NCBI GenBank assembly: GCA_965221905.1 | Contig: OZ244922.1 | Span: 97,394 to 161,393, forward strand | Length of the DNA stretch: 64,000 bases | Direction of reading: 5' to 3' | Source of the DNA: Chloroflexota bacterium | Lineage (GTDB): Bacteria > Chloroflexota > UBA11872 > VXOZ01 | Shown: piece after piece, positions 10,799 to 20,672 of the stretch | Layout: each line of letters opens with the position of its first letter | Numbering within the stretch: position 1 is the stretch's first letter | The notes under the pieces: generated by a model | Told to the model about the DNA's origin: nothing | What the model saw: only the letters and a program-made list of their open reading frames with translations | The model's database searches: none | Position numbers and translations under genes: made by a program

Positions 10799-12103
10799 AT
10801 GTTGCGGATGAGTAGACGGCAGATGCTGGCGGGAGTTGGTGTAGGCATTGGCGCAAGCGTGCTTGCCGCCTGTGGGCAGGTACAGACGGTGGCAGCACCG
10901 GAGGCGCCGGAGGGTGATGCGGCTGCGGCGCCAAAGGAACCGGAAGGGATCACCGGAGTCTTTCACGTGTGGGGCTATCGCTCCCAATACCTGCCGGGAG
11001 CGGTGCTCAACGAGTTTGAACAGATGCATCCAGGAGCCGTGGTCGTGCAATCCCAGCCGGCCGGCAATTTCCGTGGTGAGAAATTCCCGGCTGCGGTGGC
11101 GGCCGGCGCGCCGCCGGCGCTCATGCAAGGCTTTCTCGACTTTGTCGCCATGTACGTTGACCGTGGTTTCCTAGCGGATCTTGGCCCCGCAGCCAAAGCG
11201 GGTGACTTTGGCGATCTGGGCGCTTACCTCCCCGGTATCGTCGAGGCCGGCACGTTTAGCGGCGTCCTGCACTTCCTCCCCCACCGGCAGAGCGTCAATA
11301 TTCCCCTCTACAACATGGATATGTTCGAGAACGCCGGCATCAACGAACCGCCCACCCAGTGGGATGACGTGGCGGAGATCGCGCGACAATTGACCAAGAA
11401 GAATGCGGACGGCTCCGACCAGTTCGGCCTAACCGTTACGACCAGTAAGAACACCCTCAACTCGTGGTTCAATCCGGTGCTCTGGCAGGCCGGCGGCGAG
11501 TTCTTTGCGGAAGACGGTCGCAGTGTCACGTTTGATTCAGATGCCGGTCTGGAGGCGCTGCTCTTTTTGACTGATCTCTTCAACAAAAAGATCGCCTCTG
11601 AGGGCACAAAGCCGTACTTCGAAGGATACGGCGCCATGATCAATGCCCGTACGCCCACCCACGTGAAGCGCCCCTTTGACAACGGCAACATCCCCTGGCT
11701 CGCGGCCAGTCCCGCCTGGCAGAAGGAAAAGCAACTCGGCTTTGGCTCGCTCTCAGGCTGGGTGGTGCCGGAAAGCCCGCAGTCCGATGCGGCGATACAA
11801 CTGCTGGCGCATACCCTAAAGCCCGAGAACGTGAAGGCCTTCCTCAAGCTCGTGTTCCTGCTGCCGGTGCGCAGCGACATTGAAGTGGACTTCGTTGACG
11901 AGAAGTACAACGGCTGGATGCCGACGTTCATCGAGCAGAGCCAGAATATGCACTATGACATCCCGCACCCGCACATCCGGGCTATCATGCCGCTCGTCTC
12001 AGGAGAGATGTATAAGGCGATTGCGGGGGAGGTTACGCCGCAGGAAGCTATTAGGACTGCAGGTCAGATAGCAAACCAATTCCTGGCAGACAACATGGGC
12101 TAG
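10799..12103 (+). CDS. ABC transporter substrate-binding lipoprotein (extracellular solute-binding family 1)
   Basis: Signal RRQMLAGVGVGIGASVLAAC (lipobox Cys); Ala/Pro/Glu-rich linker; SBP-family length. Confidence 0.7.
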   Translation: MLRMSRRQMLAGVGVGIGASVLAACGQVQTVAAPEAPEGDAAAAPKEPEGITGVFHVWGYRSQYLPGAVLNEFEQMHPGAVVVQSQPAGNFRGEKFPAAVAAGAPPALMQGFLDFVAMYVDRGFLADLGPAAKAGDFGDLGAYLPGIVEAGTFSGVLHFLPHRQSVNIPLYNMDMFENAGINEPPTQWDDVAEIARQLTKKNADGSDQFGLTVTTSKNTLNSWFNPVLWQAGGEFFAEDGRSVTFDSDAGLEALLFLTDLFNKKIASEGTKPYFEGYGAMINARTPTHVKRPFDNGNIPWLAASPAWQKEKQLGFGSLSGWVVPESPQSDAAIQLLAHTLKPENVKAFLKLVFLLPVRSDIEVDFVDEKYNGWMPTFIEQSQNMHYDIPHPHIRAIMPLVSGEMYKAIAGEVTPQEAIRTAGQIANQFLADNMG

Positions 12104-12179
12104 TAGCTGGCTCTCGTCTCCGGCCAACCGGACAAGAGCGAGAACCTTCACGCTGAGGATCGTTCTGTACCTGTCACGG

Positions 12180-12218
12180 GGCCGCGATCCCCCGTTGTAC
12201 GGAAGCGTACAACGGGGG
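12180..12218 (+). terminator. Perfect 15-bp-stem hairpin downstream of the SBP gene (terminator-like, no clear U-tract)
   Basis: gatcccccgttgtac-ggaagc-gtacaacgggggatc. Confidence 0.35.
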
Positions 12219-12285
12219 ATCGATGGGTCGACAATGTATGCCGCAGCCATAGGGCCTCTGATATACTCCGACTGAGGGACAGTCA

Positions 12286-13098
12286 TTGGCTATCCCAAAG
12301 CCTAAGCATCTTGGCACGGAATACGCCGATCAATTCAAGGATCGGAGCGTGGCTGACGCTTACGTCAACTATCCGCCATACGCTGCCGAGGTCTTCCAGG
12401 TGCTCGACGGGCTGATACAGGATGAACCGGGCATTGTGCTGGACGTTGGGTGCGGGACCGGGGACGTGGCGCGGCCTCTGGCAACCTTTGTGGAGCGAGT
12501 CGACGCCGTGGATCCTTCGGCGGCCATGATCGAGGTGGGCCGCTCTCGCGACGGCGGCGACCGACCGAGCATCAGGTGGGTCTGCCAAAGCGCGGAGGAA
12601 TTCGACTACGATAGCCGCTACAGCCTCATTGTGGCCGGCGCAAGCCTCCATTGGATGGACTGGTACACGGTCATCCCTCGCATGGCCGGTGCCCTATCCG
12701 GACGTGGCTACCTGGCGATTGTTGGCGGTCGTGGGATTGATACCGCCCCTTGGGTAAACGATCTCAACACAATCATCCCGAAATACTCGACGAACAAGGA
12801 CTTCGCGCCATACAACCTGCTCGACGAGCTTGAACGCCGGCAGCTCTTTGCGGTCGTCGGCAGGAATCGTACAGCGCCTCAGGAGTATTGTATGAACGTC
12901 GATCAGTATGTGGAGCTGTTTCACGCGCGCAACGGCTTTTCGAGACAGCGTATGGACGCGCATGCCGCCAAGGCGTTCGATGCTGCCGTCCGAGAACTCG
13001 TGACGCCCTTTGCGGACGAGCATTTCCTCACTTTCAACGTGACGACCGACATCGCTTGGGGACACCCATTGGCCGGCACTCGCATGGACCGTCACTAG
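12286..13098 (+). CDS. Class I SAM-dependent methyltransferase
   Basis: 270 aa; motif I VLDVGCGTGDVARPL; TTG start with GAGGGA 7 nt upstream. Confidence 0.75.
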   Translation: MAIPKPKHLGTEYADQFKDRSVADAYVNYPPYAAEVFQVLDGLIQDEPGIVLDVGCGTGDVARPLATFVERVDAVDPSAAMIEVGRSRDGGDRPSIRWVCQSAEEFDYDSRYSLIVAGASLHWMDWYTVIPRMAGALSGRGYLAIVGGRGIDTAPWVNDLNTIIPKYSTNKDFAPYNLLDELERRQLFAVVGRNRTAPQEYCMNVDQYVELFHARNGFSRQRMDAHAAKAFDAAVRELVTPFADEHFLTFNVTTDIAWGHPLAGTRMDRH

Positions 13099-13289
13099 AA
13101 CTCATTTCATAAATACATTGCTCCGCGCATGTCTGCCCCTCGACAGGCTCAGGGCGAACGGAAGAGCCAAGAAATCCGTACTTGCTGAGCACTTCGGCAA
13201 GCAGAGCACGGACGGTTTTTGGGGGCTTCTCAAACAACCGCTAAGAAGATCATGAATAGGCTGTAAGGTGCTGCAAGGAGATATATACC

Positions 13290-14543
13290 GTGGTAGCAAC
13301 AGCGCTTATTAACGGCAGGATCATTGACGGTAATGGCGGACCGCCGGTTGAGGACGGCGCCATTCTCATTGTGGATAACCTCATCGAGGCTGTGGGTACT
13401 GATGTGGATATCCCGCCGGATGCCCAGGTCATCGACGTTAAGGGTAAGAGTCTCCTGCCCGGCATGATGGACCTGCACGTGCACCTTAGAGGTCCGTACC
13501 ATTCACTGCAGAAGTTGAGAAAGTCGCTGCTGGCGGGTTTCACTACTATCGCTCACGTTGCCGGTACTATGCCGCCCGCATCGACAGATTGTCGTCAGGC
13601 TATTGAAGACGGCTGGTTCCCGGAATGTGCCCGACTGCTTGTGGGCGCCGTGGTGGACTGCACCAACGGGCACGTCCGCGGTCGGATAGCGGATGGACCG
13701 TGGGAAGTGCGGAAGGCCGTGCGCGAGATGGTGCAGGCCAAGGCAGACTTCATCAAGACGGCCGCCAGCGGCGGATTCTGGGCGGAGGACGAAGAAACCT
13801 GGTGGCGGGACTACACCCAAGAAGAGCTTGATGCCCTGGCTGACGAAGCCCACAGTGTCGGGAGGCTCGTGGTGGTGCATTGCCACACACAACCGGGTCT
13901 CGACATGGCCATTCAGGCCGGCTGCGATCAGATTCACCACGGCGCGCTCATCGACGAGAAAGCCTTGAAAGGAATTCTAGAGAATGACCTTTTCTTTGTG
14001 CCGACTCTCCGTGTCACTTCCCGGCAGAACATGGCGATAAAGTTCGGTGCGGGACGCCCGTGGGAAACGCGCAAGATGGGTGAGGCTCACTACGTCCACC
14101 GGGAAGGTGTGCGCTTGGCCCACAAGATGGGCGTGAAGATGGGTCTTGGCACGGACTGTCCGAGCACACCGCCCTGGGATATCTGGGATAGCGGCTTTGA
14201 ACTCCAGGAATTCGTGGGCTGCGGTCTCAGCCCGTTGGAAGCAATCGGCGTGGCCACCAAGGGTTCTGCTGAAGCAATGAAGATCGACGACAGGCTCGGC
14301 ACGTTAGAAAAGGGGAAGATTGCCGATGTGGTAGTGGTGGATGGCGATCCTGCCGGCGACATTCAGGTGGTTGTGAACTATGCGAACATCCGCTACGTCT
14401 TCAAGGATGGCAGGCTCGCGGTGAGTAGAGACCCGGAAAGGCCGGCAACCGCCCATCTGGAAACGTATCCGCCTGACTTTACCCCAATTGACGAGCGCTT
14501 TACGGCAGACCCGGCATGGGAAGCTGCGGCCGGCCTGGCATAG
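13290..14543 (+). CDS. Amidohydrolase family protein (metal-dependent hydrolase)
   Basis: 417 aa; LLPGMMDLHVHL metal-binding motif, HCH, GTD; AAGGAG RBS before the GTG start. Confidence 0.75.
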   Translation: MVATALINGRIIDGNGGPPVEDGAILIVDNLIEAVGTDVDIPPDAQVIDVKGKSLLPGMMDLHVHLRGPYHSLQKLRKSLLAGFTTIAHVAGTMPPASTDCRQAIEDGWFPECARLLVGAVVDCTNGHVRGRIADGPWEVRKAVREMVQAKADFIKTAASGGFWAEDEETWWRDYTQEELDALADEAHSVGRLVVVHCHTQPGLDMAIQAGCDQIHHGALIDEKALKGILENDLFFVPTLRVTSRQNMAIKFGAGRPWETRKMGEAHYVHREGVRLAHKMGVKMGLGTDCPSTPPWDIWDSGFELQEFVGCGLSPLEAIGVATKGSAEAMKIDDRLGTLEKGKIADVVVVDGDPAGDIQVVVNYANIRYVFKDGRLAVSRDPERPATAHLETYPPDFTPIDERFTADPAWEAAAGLA

Positions 14544-15000
14544 GTCGTCTTCGACGCAGTCGCAGTCCTCGACGCAGTCGCAGTCTTCGACGCAGTCAGC
14601 GAGCACGCCGCCGCCTTACTCTTACCCCGTATGCTCCCATTCCTCTTGACTATCTAGCGGCTGCTGTGTGCGCGTAACGTGATCGTCTGCTTTGTAGAGA
14701 GCGAGCGATCCTCTGTAAGAGGGTGTGTGAAAAGGGCGTCCCTTCATCCTTCGACAGGCTCAGGACGAACGGATCAGAAACTAAACCCATTGGATAATCA
14801 GTAGCCGTTCGTGGTGAGCACATCGACAGGCTCAGGACGAACGGGGTAGAAACTAAATTCGTCGGAAAAGCCACTATCCGTTCGTGGTGAGCACATCGAC
14901 AAGCTCAGCACAGGCTTGTCGAACCATGAACGGATACTGTTGCTGCGAGCTTCTCACACACCCTCTAAGATATTGAGATCACAAACAGGGGTAGTAAAGG
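14540..15000. repeat. Repeat-rich intergenic block: tandem cgacgcagtcgcagtcYt x3, two copies of a hairpin element (tcgacaggctcaggacgaacgg...cgttcgtggtgagcacatcgaca) and a flanking about 35-bp inverted repeat
   Basis: 14695-14730 gagagcgagcgatcctctgtaagagggtgtgtgaaaag versus 14945-14985 reverse complement; internal duplicated units at 14750-14815 and 14825-14895. Confidence 0.8.
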
Positions 15001-15007
15001 AGACGGA

Positions 15008-16453
15008 ATGTCGATCTCAGTGCAGAAAACCGGTCTGCACGTGCTCAATATGAAGACGCGCATGCCATTTCGCTACGGCATTGCGTCCCTGGTCTCTGTT
15101 CCCCATCTCTTTGTGCGCTTGGAGGCGGACATTAACGGCTCACGGGAAGTGGGCATTTCCGCGGAAGGCCTGCCCCCCAAGTGGTTCACCAAGTATGCCG
15201 ATACCTCCTTCAGCGACGACCTGTACGAGATGCTAGCGGTAATACGACAGGCCTGCGCCCTGGCGGAGGAGGCTCCACCTGCCAACAGCGCCTTCGCTTT
15301 TTGGGTCTGGCTTCACGATCAACAATTGGCATGGGCGGCTGAGACCAGCTATCCCCCTTTGCTCTGGGGTTTCGGTGTGAGTTTGGTGGAAAGAGCGCTG
15401 ATCGATGCCTTCTGCCGGAGCACCGGCACGCCCTTCGCCCGTGCTCTACGTGACAATACGCTTGGCATTCAGTTAGGTGCGATTCACAGTGAGCTTGATG
15501 GGTTCAGTCCGGCAGAGTTGCTGCCTGTGGAGCCACAGCGCAGTGTCATCGTGCGCCACACGGTCGGACTGACCGATCCCTTGAGTGACGAGGAGATACC
15601 GGCAGAGGAGCGTCTCGACGATGGGTTGCCGCAGTCGCTCGCGGCCAGCATTCGCTTCTATGGGCTGACCCACTTCAAAATCCTGCTCAGTGGCGATGCT
15701 GCTGCGGATCTCAGACGGCTCCGGCAAGTTGCCGACTTGTTGGAAGAGCACGTAGCCGGCGACTACGCCTTTACACTGGATGGCAGCGAGCACTACACAG
15801 AGTTGGAGCCCTTTCGGCGAGACTGGAATGCAATTCTCGCGGAGCCATCACTTCATGAATTCTTGGGGCATCTGCTCTTTGTAGAGCAGCCGCTGCGGCG
15901 TGACGTGGCTTTGAGCCCGCAGGCCAAGTCTGAGTTGCTCGCCTGGTCTGACCGTCCGCCTCTGATCATCGATGAGTCCGATGGCGCCCTGTCCAGCGTG
16001 GTGGAGGCGTTGGACTGTGGCTACGTGGGAGCCAGCTTCAAGAATTGTAAGGGCGTATTTGGCGGCATTGCGAACGCTTGTCTGCTGGCACAGCGCCGCC
16101 GCAGAGATCCGGGCGGATACTATGTGCAGAGCAGTGAAGACCTGGCCAGTGTCGGGCCGGTGGCAATGTTGCAAGACCTGGCGGTGCTGGCAAGTCTCGG
16201 GATCGGGCATTCCCAGCGCAACGGCCACCACTACTTCGCCGGTTTGAGCATGTTCCCAGCAGACGTGCAAGAGGACGTGCTTGCCAAGCACGCTACGCTC
16301 TACCGGCGCCATGCCCGGGGCTATCCGGTCTTGGACGTCCGTCAGGGCCGGCTGGATACCAGCAGTGTCGTGGCCGCCCCTCTTGGCTATGGTGTCGAAC
16401 TGGATACGCGGCGTTTTACGCCGCTGGAGCAGTGGTCAGTCGATTCGCTATGA
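15008..16453 (+). CDS. Enolase-superfamily (mandelate racemase/muconate lactonizing enzyme-like) protein, tentative
   Basis: 481 aa; N-terminal capping-domain-like region; candidate metal ligands in LDGSEHYT and IIDESDG; strong AGGAG RBS. Confidence 0.45.
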   Translation: MSISVQKTGLHVLNMKTRMPFRYGIASLVSVPHLFVRLEADINGSREVGISAEGLPPKWFTKYADTSFSDDLYEMLAVIRQACALAEEAPPANSAFAFWVWLHDQQLAWAAETSYPPLLWGFGVSLVERALIDAFCRSTGTPFARALRDNTLGIQLGAIHSELDGFSPAELLPVEPQRSVIVRHTVGLTDPLSDEEIPAEERLDDGLPQSLAASIRFYGLTHFKILLSGDAAADLRRLRQVADLLEEHVAGDYAFTLDGSEHYTELEPFRRDWNAILAEPSLHEFLGHLLFVEQPLRRDVALSPQAKSELLAWSDRPPLIIDESDGALSSVVEALDCGYVGASFKNCKGVFGGIANACLLAQRRRRDPGGYYVQSSEDLASVGPVAMLQDLAVLASLGIGHSQRNGHHYFAGLSMFPADVQEDVLAKHATLYRRHARGYPVLDVRQGRLDTSSVVAAPLGYGVELDTRRFTPLEQWSVDSL

Positions 16454-16529
16454 ATGATTGAAAGATATCCATGTCCCACTTATAATTCGACTGTACGAGG
16501 GTTGGTATGCATGTCTTAGGAGGATTAGC

Positions 16530-17918
16530 ATGCGAAAGCTAGTATCTCGACGAACGTTCCTTGGTGGCAGCGCCGTTGCCGGCGCGGGCATATTGCTGGC
16601 AGCCTGCGGCACTGCTGCGCCCGCTGCTATGGAAGAGGCGCCCGCGGCTCCGGAGAAGAAGGAGGCAGCAGCGCCCAAGATGGAGGAGGCAACGGAGATC
16701 AAGTATCTCCACTTCTCAACGCAGAGCGATGTGTGGGACAACGCCTACGACGGTATGTTCGCAGCGTTCGAGGAGATGCACCCCGGCCTCAAGCTCAAGG
16801 TTGATATTGCGGCCGGCAGTTTTCCTACTTCGCTGACCGAGAAGGCGGTAGCGGCGTTTGCCAGCGGTGTTCCCTATGATGTCTACTACGGCTGGTTTGG
16901 TTATCTCAGTCAGTTTTACACTGCGGAGATGCTGGTGCCGCTCGACCCGTTCCTGGCCGCGGACCCGGACGTCAACCTGGATGACTTCCATGAATATGCC
17001 CTCGAGCGTATCGGCGGGCAGGCCTACGGCATTGCCTGGTTCACGAATGGCAAGGAATACTGGTACAATGCCGATCTCATTGCGGAAGCGGGCCTGAAGT
17101 CTCCGCGCGAGCTGGAGGCGGAAGGCAATTGGACTTGGGATGCGGTGCTGGAGATGGCGACGAAGCTGACGAAGACCGAGGGGAATCGAATCACCCGCTT
17201 TGGCACGCAGCCATATCGCTTCAATCGTACCGGCTGGTTCTGGATTCATCTCTTTGCCTGGGGTGGGGCGTGGTGGAACGATGACTTCTCGGCGCCCACG
17301 ATCGATACGCAGCAGGCGGCCGAAGCCGCTCAAGATGCGCTGGATATGGTGATAAAGCATCGGGTGGCGTATGGCCTGACCCTGGGGAAAGAGCCGAATG
17401 TGGAGCCGGACTTCACGCAACAGACGGTTGCGGGTGTCATTACCGGCTCTTACTTTACCCGCACCATCAAAGCAAGGATCGAGACCCAGGAGGAGCCCTT
17501 CAAGGTAGAGCACACGCTGCTGCCGAAGGGCCCGGCAGGCCGCATGGCGGCGCAGTCCATCAACGCCAAGTGGATCAGCTCGTCAGCCACCGAGCCGGAT
17601 GCCGGCTGGGAGTTCTATAAATTCGCCATCGGGGAGGATGCCATACCGTTCATCGCACAGCTCGGTGGCAGCCGCTATGCGGCCAACAAGTCCATTCCGC
17701 CGTTCACCCAATACGAGTATGAAGACCCCGAGGTCTATGCGCAGACGGCGGCGATGAGCGTGGCCCACCGGCAAATGGTCCGCCAGTCTGAGCTGGACAA
17801 GCAGTGGGCGGAAGGCTGGATCAGTCTGGAAGAAGGTAAGACCACCATTCAAGAACTGCTGGAAGAAACGCAGAAAGTGGCGGAGGTCCACCTGGAGGAA
17901 GGTGGCTGCGTCTGCTAA
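16530..17918 (+). CDS. ABC transporter substrate-binding lipoprotein (family 1), Tat-type signal
   Basis: SRRTFLGGSAVAGAGILLAAC signal and lipobox; AGGAGG RBS; Ala/Pro/Glu linker. Confidence 0.75.
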   Translation: MRKLVSRRTFLGGSAVAGAGILLAACGTAAPAAMEEAPAAPEKKEAAAPKMEEATEIKYLHFSTQSDVWDNAYDGMFAAFEEMHPGLKLKVDIAAGSFPTSLTEKAVAAFASGVPYDVYYGWFGYLSQFYTAEMLVPLDPFLAADPDVNLDDFHEYALERIGGQAYGIAWFTNGKEYWYNADLIAEAGLKSPRELEAEGNWTWDAVLEMATKLTKTEGNRITRFGTQPYRFNRTGWFWIHLFAWGGAWWNDDFSAPTIDTQQAAEAAQDALDMVIKHRVAYGLTLGKEPNVEPDFTQQTVAGVITGSYFTRTIKARIETQEEPFKVEHTLLPKGPAGRMAAQSINAKWISSSATEPDAGWEFYKFAIGEDAIPFIAQLGGSRYAANKSIPPFTQYEYEDPEVYAQTAAMSVAHRQMVRQSELDKQWAEGWISLEEGKTTIQELLEETQKVAEVHLEEGGCVC

Positions 17919-18144
17919 ATACCTCTAGACCGTAATCGTTGGGGCCGGACATGCCAGTCCGGCCCCACTTTTATATGTAATCTCCCCTGACCTGCGGACT
18001 CTACCGCCTCTGACGAGGAGCTTGCCGACCGCTTGGCCGGGGTCTCAGCATGACCACTGCTCTGCGCCCATTCACACCGGCGAGTCGAACGCCGGTATAA
18101 TGACGTTTTAGTGGTGAATCCGAGCACAGATTGAGGAGTGATGG

Positions 18145-19458
18145 ATGGCGAACACATTAATGGCCGGCGCGGCAAAGGTGGCGATCACGCCGCCGCTGGG
18201 GAGCGCCTTTCAATCGAGCCGAGCGGATCTGCGTGTTGAGAGCGTCCTGCACGATCTCTACGCTACCGCCGTGGTACTCAGCGACGGCGAGCGGAAGGTG
18301 GCGATTGTTGGGCTTGACGTGCTCGGCTTGGATGCGCCGTTGGTCAATGCCGTGCGCGAGCGCGTGCAGCAGCAGACGTCCATTCCCGGGGCCAACGTGC
18401 TGATCAATGCCGCGCACAACCACTTCGGCCCGGCCATTCTGCAGGCCCTTCCCGATGAAATCGACGAGGCGTACTGGCAGGGGTTGGTGCAGTCGCTTGC
18501 CGATGCCGTGACCCGCGCCGCTACGAGCCTGGAGCCGGTCGCGCTCCGCGTGGGCGCTGCCGAAGGGAACTTTGCCATTAACCGGCGAAGGCTGGAAAAC
18601 GGCGAAGCCCAACTAGCGCCGAACTATGGCGGCATCGTAGACCAGCGCATCCGCGCATTGCGTTTCGAGCGGCTGGATGGTTCAATGGTCGCCGTGCTCT
18701 TCTCAGCAGCATTCCACCCGACCGGCTTTGCCTACCGGGCGCCGGTGGTAAACGGCGACTACGTGGCCGCTGCCCGGCAGGAAGTGGAGCGGCAGTTTGC
18801 GGACCAGGGAGCGCCCGTCGTCGGCTTCCTGCAGGGGTGTGCGGGCAATATGCGCGTGCGCGTCATCGCGCCGGGTGGCACCCGCTTTCATCCCTGCACG
18901 GTGGAAGAGATCGACACCCACGGGCGCGGCGTTGGCGCGCTCGCCGCCCGTGCCGCCCGGGAAGCAACCATGGTGGTTGGGTATCCCATTGGCGCGGCGG
19001 ACGAGATGGTGTCGCTGCCGTTGCAGGAGCCGCCCGATGAGGCAGAGCTTGAAAGCATGCGGCAAGGGGCCGCCGGCGACCACTTTTCGCGCCTCTGGAC
19101 AGACTCAATGCTTGCGCCCCTCCGGCGCGGCGAAGCACTGCCGACGAGCGTCGACTTTCCTGTGCAGGTATTCCGCATCGGCGGCCTGTGGATGGTGGGT
19201 ATGGGCGCTGAGGTGTTTTTGGAAATCGGTCAACAGATCGAGGCGGCGCTCATGGCCGATCACGTGGGACAGGCAGCTTGGACGCTCGGCTACACGAACG
19301 CTACCCTCGGCTACGTCTGCACCGAGCAGTCATATGAAGATGGCGGCTACGAACCCACGCGTTCCCACAGGTTCTACCACCTGCCGGCGGCCTACCAGCC
19401 CCAGACCGAACACCTGCTCGTGGCCGAAGCCCTCCGCATTGCGCGCACGCTCGCATAG
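18145..19458 (+). CDS. Neutral/alkaline ceramidase-like hydrolase family protein, tentative
   Basis: 437 aa; N-terminal AKVAITPPLG...GVHDDLYATAVVLSDG...VGLD pattern typical of that family. Confidence 0.5.
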   Translation: MANTLMAGAAKVAITPPLGSAFQSSRADLRVESVLHDLYATAVVLSDGERKVAIVGLDVLGLDAPLVNAVRERVQQQTSIPGANVLINAAHNHFGPAILQALPDEIDEAYWQGLVQSLADAVTRAATSLEPVALRVGAAEGNFAINRRRLENGEAQLAPNYGGIVDQRIRALRFERLDGSMVAVLFSAAFHPTGFAYRAPVVNGDYVAAARQEVERQFADQGAPVVGFLQGCAGNMRVRVIAPGGTRFHPCTVEEIDTHGRGVGALAARAAREATMVVGYPIGAADEMVSLPLQEPPDEAELESMRQGAAGDHFSRLWTDSMLAPLRRGEALPTSVDFPVQVFRIGGLWMVGMGAEVFLEIGQQIEAALMADHVGQAAWTLGYTNATLGYVCTEQSYEDGGYEPTRSHRFYHLPAAYQPQTEHLLVAEALRIARTLA

Positions 19459-19503
19459 TACAGACCAAGAGACGTATACTCCACTGAGCAAACTCAATTA
19501 AAA

Positions 19504-19537
19504 CCCTCTCCTGGGGGAGAGGGTTTGGGTGAGGGCG
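19504..19537. repeat. 34-bp element (hairpin ccctctcc-tggg-ggagaggg plus gggtgagggcg); left inverted copy flanking the DUF559 gene
   Basis: Near-identical reverse complement at 19887-19920 (3 mismatches). Confidence 0.85.
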
Positions 19538-19543
19538 AACAAA

Positions 19544-19900
19544 ATGGCACCACAAGGCGCTGCAAGGGCCCGACATCTCCGGCAGAGTTCAACAGAAGCC
19601 GAGAAGACCCTTTGGCGTCACTTGCGCAGCCGTCAGTTGGCGGGTTGCAAATTCCGCAGACAAGCACCTCTTGGCAGGTACATCGTTGACTTCTTGTGCT
19701 ATGAGCGAAACCTGGTGATCGAAGTCGATGGTGGTCAGCACCAGCTACGTTCAGAAGAAGATTCAATACGCACGAACTGGCTGGAGGCCTGCGGCTTTCG
19801 CGTGGCTCGCTTCTGGAACAATCAGGTGTTAGAAGAGACTGAAGCAGTCTTGGATGCCATCCTACGGCAGTTGCAGGGCGAAGAGTCGCCCTCACCCTAG
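19544..19900 (+). CDS. DUF559 (Vsr-like endonuclease fold) domain protein
   Basis: 118 aa; EAEKTLWRHLR...GYKFRRQ...DF...L.IE.DG..H motif order typical of DUF559. Confidence 0.7.
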   Translation: MAPQGAARARHLRQSSTEAEKTLWRHLRSRQLAGCKFRRQAPLGRYIVDFLCYERNLVIEVDGGQHQLRSEEDSIRTNWLEACGFRVARFWNNQVLEETEAVLDAILRQLQGEESPSP

Positions 19901-19920
19901 CCCTCTCCCCCAGGAGAGGG
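19887..19920. repeat. Right inverted copy of the 34-bp element, overlapping the DUF559 stop codon
   Basis: cgccctcaccctagccctctcccccaggagaggg. Confidence 0.85.
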
Positions 19921-20158
19921 AACTAGAGGGGCTCCGCGAGACGGATAGTGCCAGCGCAAGCGGGAATCCATCTACGAGAGTAGTCAAAGGGTATGGTAAA
20001 AGTGGCAAACATTGCCGCGCTCCTGGACTCCGGCGGAGGCCGGAGCGACTGACCCGGAACCAGGAAGCATTATAGCAGTTGCTAGGGCGCGGCGCACATT
20101 TGAAGGGCAAGCGAGGCGGCGTTACACTCTCGGGCAGCCCTAGAGGATTTGTGCCCCC

Positions 20159-20506
20159 TTAGCCTGCCTCTTGGAGCGGCATGGGGGAGGCGCCGCTGAA
20201 GTGGACGCCAATGTCGCTGGCCATGGTCTCGTGGTACTGCCATTCGGGGACCAGACAGCGGTAAGGCCGCCGGAGCAGCACACGCGGCTCGCCCTGCCAC
20301 TGCGTGACCGTCATGGAGCGTTGCAGGTTAACCTTCTGGTACTCCTCGGCATCTTCCAAAGACTTGTGCAGCGAATAGCCGTCTGGATAGTTCCGTCCCT
20401 CGGTGGCGCGCTTGCCCCACTCCACGCACCACAACGCCTGTTCATCCCGCATCGGCATGTGGAAGTAGTCTCCTAACTGCGAATAATCAGCCGGGTAGTC
20501 CGTCAT
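20159..20506 (-). CDS. Hypothetical protein
   Basis: 115 aa; no recognisable domain; lies between two half-copies of the GTCATTCC hairpin repeat. Confidence 0.35.
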   Translation of the reverse strand: MTDYPADYSQLGDYFHMPMRDEQALWCVEWGKRATEGRNYPDGYSLHKSLEDAEEYQKVNLQRSMTVTQWQGEPRVLLRRPYRCLVPEWQYHETMASDIGVHFSGASPMPLQEAG

Positions 20507-20672
20507 TCCCGCTTGCGCGGGAATCCATCTTCATACGAGCACTGTCTCACGCATCACGCAGAGATTATACCGTCAAGAGGGAGCGTTTTCAACGTTGACA
20601 GGAGATGGATCGCTTCTCCTCTGAAACAAGCGCGCGGCGAACGCTTGCTGAATGCGCCCTTCATACTCCAGC

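Noticed and set aside
18797-19501. ORF of 234 aa in the +3 frame inside the ceramidase-like gene
   Set aside because: It is an Arg/Ala/Pro-rich alternative frame of a high-GC gene. It is spurious.
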